A stretch of 32,000 bases of DNA from Geobacteraceae bacterium (lineage in GTDB: Bacteria > Desulfobacterota > Desulfuromonadia > Geobacterales > Pseudopelobacteraceae): contig JAWDJY010000003.1 of NCBI GenBank assembly GCA_032469775.1, forward strand, positions 41,262 to 73,261, given 5' to 3'. The stretch's first letter is position 1. The number at the start of each line of letters is the position of its first letter. The position numbers and the translations under genes are program-made. The notes beneath the pieces were generated by a model that saw only the letters and a program-made list of their open reading frames with translations, searched no databases and was not told the DNA's origin. This document shows, one piece after another, positions 26,537-32,000 of the stretch.

Positions 26537-28045
26537 ATGATAACGTCAATCCTGTTCAGCAATAATTTAAGATTAACACTATTGGAGCGTTTTTCACGAA
26601 CACTGGGTTGGCTTCACTTGAATACTTGCCTTGGGGCCGGTGTTGCTGTGACTAACCTAGACCGCAAGCCATATCCGGAAGTGAGCGGTTACCTGATTCC
26701 AACTCTTCTGAAATGGGGAGAGCACGAGTTGGCAAGCCAGTATGGCAGGTGGCTTGTCAGCATTCAGAACTCTGACGGATCCTGGTCTGATCCGGCCGGC
26801 GAGGCACCATATACCTTCGATACAGGACAAATTCTTAAGGGGCTTCTTGCTCTCAGTGAGAAAAGCCAGGAATATGATGATGTGATTCGCCGCGGATGCA
26901 ACTGGATGTTGCAACAGGTGCAGCCTGACGGTCGAGTTACTACTCCCAATACTCAACACTGGTTGCTTCCTGCTGGCAAAGTGGTTCCGGAATCGATCCA
27001 TTTGTACGCTCTTGAACCATTGAGGGATGCGGGGCGGAAATGGGGTGTTCCAGCCTACGAAGAAGCCGTGGAAAGATCGCTTTCCTATTATCTTGCGAAT
27101 CCGTCATTGACCCGCTTTGATACTCTTTCGCATTTTCATGCCTATATCGTTGAGGCACTCCTTGATTTGGGACAACTTAAGGCCGCGACTAAGGCAATGA
27201 CTGAGCCTGCTGACTTGCAATCGCGGAATGGATTGATTCCTGGCTACAGTGACAGTCGATGGGTCTGTTCTACGGGCCTTTTCCAGTATGCTGTAATATG
27301 GTACAGATTGGGTGACCTTTCACGAGCAGATCGGGCTTTTAATTGTGCCAGCAGGTTGCAAAATCGTAGCGGAGGTTTTTTTGGGAGTTATGGCTGGGGT
27401 GCCAACTACTTTAAACGTGAGGAAATCAGCTGGGCCCAAAAATACTTCCTGGACGCATTGTGGTGGAAGATCCGTTCCAGATTTGACAATGAAGCGAATA
27501 TATTTCCAGAAATAATATCTGGCGGTGACGGTCGCTATCGGTTGATTGAACATGTCGTGCGAAAAGTTGCTCCACGTTCTGTCCTCGAGGCTGGTTGTGG
27601 CAAGGGGCGCTTCTTGCGGCGTTTGCTTGATGACTTTCCAGAGATAAAACTTTACGGGCTTGATCTGTCGGATAAAATGATTTCAGAATTACCGAACAAG
27701 GTTGAACCTCTCTGTGGAAGCCTGCTCAATATTCCAGTTTCAGACGGAATGTTTGATCTTGTTTTCAGCGTGGAAGCACTTGAACACTCTGTCAACATTT
27801 CCTCTGCAATTCGCGAGTTGTCGCGAGTTGTGGCTCCTGGCGGCACATTGGTAATCATAGACAAGAATCGAGAACGTCTTGGTTCGCTGGAGATTGCCGA
27901 ATGGGAACAGTGGTTTCTGCCGTTGGAAATAGCAAGTGCCATGGAACAACAGGGGTTCACAGTTCATATTGAACAGAACCTTTCATACGATGGACATGAC
28001 GGGAGAGACAACCTGTTTCTTGGATGGATAGCAACAAAAAAATAA
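26537..28045 (+). CDS. Fusion protein: N-terminal alpha/alpha-toroid (prenyltransferase / squalene-cyclase QW-repeat-like) domain plus C-terminal class I SAM methyltransferase
   Basis: The QW-like repeat WLVSIQNSDGSW fits [FYW][LIV]x3Qx3GxW, and a second partial repeat is NWMLQQVQPDGR. The C-terminus has VLEAGCGKGRFL, LYGLDLSDKM, FDLVFSVEALEH and PGGTLVIIDKN (Methyltransf_11-type). Confidence 0.65.
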   Translation: MITSILFSNNLRLTLLERFSRTLGWLHLNTCLGAGVAVTNLDRKPYPEVSGYLIPTLLKWGEHELASQYGRWLVSIQNSDGSWSDPAGEAPYTFDTGQILKGLLALSEKSQEYDDVIRRGCNWMLQQVQPDGRVTTPNTQHWLLPAGKVVPESIHLYALEPLRDAGRKWGVPAYEEAVERSLSYYLANPSLTRFDTLSHFHAYIVEALLDLGQLKAATKAMTEPADLQSRNGLIPGYSDSRWVCSTGLFQYAVIWYRLGDLSRADRAFNCASRLQNRSGGFFGSYGWGANYFKREEISWAQKYFLDALWWKIRSRFDNEANIFPEIISGGDGRYRLIEHVVRKVAPRSVLEAGCGKGRFLRRLLDDFPEIKLYGLDLSDKMISELPNKVEPLCGSLLNIPVSDGMFDLVFSVEALEHSVNISSAIRELSRVVAPGGTLVIIDKNRERLGSLEIAEWEQWFLPLEIASAMEQQGFTVHIEQNLSYDGHDGRDNLFLGWIATKK

Positions 28046-28170
28046 GATTTTGTAAATGCAAAATCTGCCCAACTTATTTCAGAACGTTTTGAACGATCTG
28101 AAAGGCCCAACCCTAATGATGAAGGAGTTACAGATGAAAGTATCTTTGTCGTGCTGACATTCGGGAGCTA

Positions 28171-29046
28171 ATGATGGCACTGCCAGTGATTTCTATTGTC
28201 TTGCCTACGTTCAATGGATCACGCTATCTTGAAGAATCTGTTGAAAGTTGTCTGAACCAGTCGTTTACTAATTGGGAGCTCATTATAGTTGATGATGCAT
28301 CTAATGATTCGACCCCGCAGATTATTGATAAATATATCGCCAAGGACTGTCGCATCAGGAGTGTTCGTCATGTCAGCAACAGAAAGCTTCCGGCTGCGTT
28401 GAACACGGGCTTTAATTTAGCCCGTGGAACATATTTTACTTGGACTTCAGATGATAATTGCTATAAGCCTAATGCCCTTGAAGTTATGATTACTGCTCTC
28501 AGTAAAGACGTTACAGCCGCTGGAGTGTATGCAGCATATGAATTGATTGATGAACACGGTAAATGGTTGGCATCTGAGTCGGCAGTTGATCAAAAACACC
28601 TCGTATTGGGTAATTTCGTTGGTCCCTGTTTCTTGTATTCCAGGTCCATTGCAGAAAAAATTGGTTGCTACGATGAAGAACTTTTTCTCGTGGAGGACTA
28701 TGACTACTGGTTACGGGTTTCCCGTTCAAATCGTATGATTCCACTAAAAGATTCTTTATATATTTATCGGACACATAGTCGATCATTGACTGCGCTAAAA
28801 CAACGTGAAATATCTAAATTACATGCTGTCTTACTGATAAGAAACCTGCCTTGCATCAAATGGCTTTCTCCAAAACAGATGTTAGCTGGTTGGTTGAGTG
28901 TTGCATCCATTCTTGTGCAAGAGAGTGAATGGAAGCTGGCAATCACTACTTTTGTAAAAGCTTTCAAAATATCTCCGGTATTGTCATTTTATTATTTAAT
29001 AAAAATAAAGTTGAGTGATCGTAGTGTCCTTTCTGAACTCGTGTAG
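28171..29046 (+). CDS. Glycosyltransferase family 2 (GT-A)
   Basis: ISIVLPTFNGSRYLEESVESCLNQSFTNWELIIVDDASND, WTSDDN (DxD-type) and a C-terminal membrane-associated tail. Confidence 0.9.
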   Translation: MMALPVISIVLPTFNGSRYLEESVESCLNQSFTNWELIIVDDASNDSTPQIIDKYIAKDCRIRSVRHVSNRKLPAALNTGFNLARGTYFTWTSDDNCYKPNALEVMITALSKDVTAAGVYAAYELIDEHGKWLASESAVDQKHLVLGNFVGPCFLYSRSIAEKIGCYDEELFLVEDYDYWLRVSRSNRMIPLKDSLYIYRTHSRSLTALKQREISKLHAVLLIRNLPCIKWLSPKQMLAGWLSVASILVQESEWKLAITTFVKAFKISPVLSFYYLIKIKLSDRSVLSELV

Positions 29047-29096
29047 TCTCCAGCGGCAATTTGTTTGCCCTGATAATTTGCCTGGGCAGATATTTT

Positions 29097-30338
29097 ATGT
29101 GTGAAAAACTTAAAATTGCATTAGTAACTCCATCCCTTCCACCGTTCTCAACCGATGGGATTTCTTCAAGCCATTATAATCTGTTTATGCTGCTTAAGGA
29201 TAAATATATAGTAAATATCTATACATATAATGAATGCTCCGTTCCCTGTAACCCAGAAAGCAGACTTTTCAGGAATGGATTGTCTTGCACGTCAAAAAAG
29301 ATACTTGGAGCATTTATAAAACTTTTTCTTATTGTTATAGGATCGAGAGGAATAGTCTATCAATTTAGAGATGCACTATTTGGCGCATTGGTTGGATTGA
29401 AAATCATCAAAACAATCAGGGAGTTTGAACCTAATATTATTATTGTTCCCGACCAAGGCCCCACCTCTGCTTTCTGGCCAAAACTCATCGGTACTAAAAT
29501 TATTTATGTTTCTCACCACAATTCAATGCGATTTCATCGTACGCCACTTCTTGGAAAGCATTCGGAAATTGATGCCAGATTGGGAAGATATTTGGAGCAA
29601 TGTGCAATAAACAGAGCGAATTTTGTTATATGCCCATCTCATTATATGAAAGATGTTTTCGAGGAAACTTATGATTACTCTGGGCCTATTGATGTAATTC
29701 CAAACATGATAAATGAAAAAGGTATGGACTTAATCAAGGCAGCGCTATTAAAGGATATGATGTGCCTGTCATTTTCTACACCCGTAATTTATATACCCTC
29801 TGCAGGAAGTGTGTATAAAGGACGATCGTTTGTTATTGAAATAATTAATGAAATATACAGCAGATACAACAAAGAAATTGGATTCTATCTTTCGGGAAAT
29901 ATTGATGACCAGTTGAGAAAAAGTCTGGATTCTCTGCCCTCGCAAGTTAGAATATTTGCTCCAGGCACCGTTGCCAATCATGACAATCTTGCCTATGTTA
30001 AAGCGTGTACTCTTTGCGTAAGCCCGACAATTATCGAAAATTTCAGCATGGCACTCCTGGAAGCTCAATATTTTGGAATTCCTGTTGTTTCCTTTGATAT
30101 CGGTGGCAACTGTGAAATAATCCAAGATGGTTCTACAGGGTATTTAGTCCGTTTTCCTGACGTTCATGAACTTGTCAACAAGTCGCTGAAATTATTGTTT
30201 TCAGAGGAGCTGAGTCATGAGTTTGCCCAATCAGCAAAAAAAATAGTGAGGATGAAAACTAATGCTCTGATAATGCTAAACAAATACTCAAATATCTTTG
30301 ATAGTCTGCAATCCAGTAGCAACGTCGTGCGGAAATGA
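29097..30338 (+). CDS. Glycosyltransferase family 4 (GT-B, Glycos_transf_1)
   Basis: LKIALVTPSLPPFSTDGISSSHYNL at the N-terminus. The C-terminal ENFSMALLEAQYFGIPVVSFDIGGNCEIIQDGSTGYLV is the EX7E region. ATG 29097 is preferred over TTG 29061. Confidence 0.85.
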   Translation: MCEKLKIALVTPSLPPFSTDGISSSHYNLFMLLKDKYIVNIYTYNECSVPCNPESRLFRNGLSCTSKKILGAFIKLFLIVIGSRGIVYQFRDALFGALVGLKIIKTIREFEPNIIIVPDQGPTSAFWPKLIGTKIIYVSHHNSMRFHRTPLLGKHSEIDARLGRYLEQCAINRANFVICPSHYMKDVFEETYDYSGPIDVIPNMINEKGMDLIKAALLKDMMCLSFSTPVIYIPSAGSVYKGRSFVIEIINEIYSRYNKEIGFYLSGNIDDQLRKSLDSLPSQVRIFAPGTVANHDNLAYVKACTLCVSPTIIENFSMALLEAQYFGIPVVSFDIGGNCEIIQDGSTGYLVRFPDVHELVNKSLKLLFSEELSHEFAQSAKKIVRMKTNALIMLNKYSNIFDSLQSSSNVVRK

Positions 30339-31246
30339 ATACGGCACCCATTATCCTTTTTGTCTATAATCGTCTCTGGCATACACGCCAAGTCCTGGTA
30401 GCATTGCAGAACAATGAGCTTGCTGTTGAGAGTAATTTGTTCATTTATTCAGATGGTGCCAAGTCGCACGAATCCATAGAGAGTGTACGAGAAGTGCGTG
30501 AGTATTGCCGTGCTGTTACTGGGTTTAATTCAGTAACAATTATTGAACGTGATAAAAATCTTGGGCTTGCTCAATCAATCATTTCCGGAATATCTGATGT
30601 ACTCAGAGATTACGAGAGGGTCATAATTCTTGAAGATGATTTGGTAACGTCGCCGTATTTTCTTAGATTCATGAATGATGCACTTAATTACTATGAAAAT
30701 GAAGACCGTGTAATTAGTGTCCATGGTTATATGTATCCGGTCCATGGCGAATTGCCGGAAACATTTTTTATCAGGGACACAGGTTGTTGGGGGTGGGCAA
30801 CGTGGCGTCGTGGATGGAGATTGTTCAACCCGGATGGAGAGTGGCTGCTAAAAGAAATTTATCGTAGAAGAATCTCCTACGTTTTTGATATGGATGGCTC
30901 TTTTGGGTTTACTAAAATGCTTAATCAGCATGTACTCGGATTAATTGATACTTGGGATATACGTTGGCAGGCTTCTGCTTTTCTGGAACAGAAGCTGACG
31001 CTATTTCCGGGGATATCGCTGGTAAATAATATCGGACATGATAACAGCGGAGTACATTCAACGGGAACGAATGTTTTTGATGTTAAGCTTGCTGATCAAC
31101 CGGTTAAAGTAACATTTATTCCTGTTGAAGAAAACCTAACAGTAAGGAAACAGTTACGAGATTACTTTTTCAGTTTGCATAAACTACGATTTGTTCGCAT
31201 GGCTCATCGTGTCATTGCTGCACTGCGCAGCATCGTGAGGTTGTAG
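30335..31246 (+). CDS. GT-A glycosyltransferase, GNT-I (GT13)-like family
   Basis: PIILFVYNRLWHTRQVLVAL and VIILEDDLVTSPYFLRFM resemble the GnT-I pattern (ACNRP... / LEDDLEIAPDFFEYF). ATGA overlap with the upstream GT4 gene. Confidence 0.7.
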   Translation: MNTAPIILFVYNRLWHTRQVLVALQNNELAVESNLFIYSDGAKSHESIESVREVREYCRAVTGFNSVTIIERDKNLGLAQSIISGISDVLRDYERVIILEDDLVTSPYFLRFMNDALNYYENEDRVISVHGYMYPVHGELPETFFIRDTGCWGWATWRRGWRLFNPDGEWLLKEIYRRRISYVFDMDGSFGFTKMLNQHVLGLIDTWDIRWQASAFLEQKLTLFPGISLVNNIGHDNSGVHSTGTNVFDVKLADQPVKVTFIPVEENLTVRKQLRDYFFSLHKLRFVRMAHRVIAALRSIVRL

Positions 31247-31249
31247 CAA

Positions 31250-32000
31250 ATGTTTACGGACGGTCTGTTCCTGCCATGCGCGGTGGCACCTGTAAAGCAC
31301 ATTGCCCGTTTGGCAACAGACCGTATTTATCGCGATTACTGTCTGATGGCATCCAGGATGGGAAATATTCCACGTCATCATCCGCGCAATATCAGTGTGA
31401 TGGGGAGGGCGTTGTCAGTTCCGGATGTGGCATCGTTCCTCTCTACCTATCGTGAAATTTTTGTAGAACAGTCGTACCGCTTCAATTCCTCCAACAAATC
31501 CCCACGTATACTCGATCTTGGAGCAAATATCGGGTTGTCGGTAATTTATTTTAAATCAATATTTCCAGATGCCGTGATCACAGCTTACGAGGCTGACCCT
31601 GTAATCTTTGAATACTTGGAAAAGAACGTTAAATCATTCTTTCTTTCTGATGTGGAACTTGTTCAGGGTGCTGCATGGCATGAAGAAGGAACTCTTGATT
31701 TTTATTCTGAAGGAGCCGATGGTGGCCGAATCTGCCCGCTGTCCATGGGAGGAACGGTAAAAGTTACAGCCTACGATATCAAAAGAATTCTTGAAAAAGG
31801 ATCGTTTGATGTTTTGAAAATAGATATAGAATCAGCCGAGGATACAGTAATGCCGGCTTGCAGGGGGCTGCTTGGGAATGTAAGCCATGTCTTGATTGAG
31901 TACCACTCGAGCCCTGATCGTTCTCAGCAGCTACATGGAATACTTGATGTGCTTGCAGATGCCGGTCTCCGTTACTATGTGGAATCGGTACACCACTCAA
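31250..32000 (+). CDS. FkbM-family methyltransferase, N-terminal 250 codons; the 3' end lies outside the window (absent from the supplied ORF track)
   Basis: My own translation from ATG 31250 is open to the window end: MFTDGLFLPCAV...PRILDLGANIGLSVIYFKSIFPDAVITAYEADP...FDVLKIDIESAEDTV... The DxGANxG and KIDIEGAE-like motifs define FkbM methyltransferases. Confidence 0.8.
   Translation, partial: MFTDGLFLPCAVAPVKHIARLATDRIYRDYCLMASRMGNIPRHHPRNISVMGRALSVPDVASFLSTYREIFVEQSYRFNSSNKSPRILDLGANIGLSVIYFKSIFPDAVITAYEADPVIFEYLEKNVKSFFLSDVELVQGAAWHEEGTLDFYSEGADGGRICPLSMGGTVKVTAYDIKRILEKGSFDVLKIDIESAEDTVMPACRGLLGNVSHVLIEYHSSPDRSQQLHGILDVLADAGLRYYVESVHHS

Noticed and set aside
28046-28170. An AT-rich hairpin GATTTTG-taaatg-CAAAATC (28047-28066) and a 13-codon mini-ORF (28117-28158) in the spacer before the GT2 gene.
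   Set aside because: The hairpin is weak (all A-T except two pairs) and has no proper T-tract. The mini-ORF has no SD or recognisable features.
31284-31299. A sigma-54-like match TGGCACctgtaAAGCA with correct GG/GC spacing.
   Set aside because: It lies 35 nt inside the FkbM methyltransferase coding sequence, the -12 element is imperfect, and there is no downstream gene start to serve. It is most likely a chance match.
31779-32000. Minus-strand 73-aa ORF at the window edge.
   Set aside because: It is antisense to the open + strand frame carrying clear FkbM methyltransferase motifs (LDLGANIG, LKIDIESAE).

Overview
The window is almost fully coding chromosomal DNA. Gene content (hgcAB, a decaheme c-type cytochrome, hpnH, a sigma-54-driven glnB-glnA) suggests an anaerobic metal-respiring deltaproteobacterium of Desulfuromonadales/Geobacter type; this taxon call is inference only. 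I support 34 CDS in three blocks. Block 1 (1-6512, + strand) is the tail of a paaK gene, an ACT-domain gene, two tandem paralogous periplasmic binding proteins, a stack of intergenic hairpins, then livH-livM-livG-livF-type ABC components. Block 2 (6583-19819) is mixed housekeeping. It holds hpnH-like radical SAM, a cytidylate-kinase-like ATPase, a decaheme cytochrome, an M23 peptidase coupled to a double class II aldolase-fold protein, PilZ, glnB-glnA, an M50 protease, an M29 aminopeptidase, two small unknown ORFs, the mercury-methylation pair hgcA-hgcB, and an HDOD protein. Block 3 (19861-32000) is an ABC-transporter-dependent (Wzm/Wzt) glycan cluster. It is headed by a UbiA-family polyprenyl-phosphate phosphoribosyltransferase and contains four glycosyltransferases, a kinase domain and four methyltransferase domains. 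GC content falls stepwise from inside wzt to the window end. The last gene (31250-32000, FkbM methyltransferase) runs off the window and is missing from the supplied ORF track. The most interesting locus is hgcAB with its upstream region. That region has an in-frame TGA followed by a SECIS-like hairpin, preceded by an ATG that has a Shine-Dalgarno (SD) sequence. Just upstream is a small ORF ending in a CxxCGCGC thiolate tail. I saw no rRNA, tRNA, CRISPR array, transposase or integrase.
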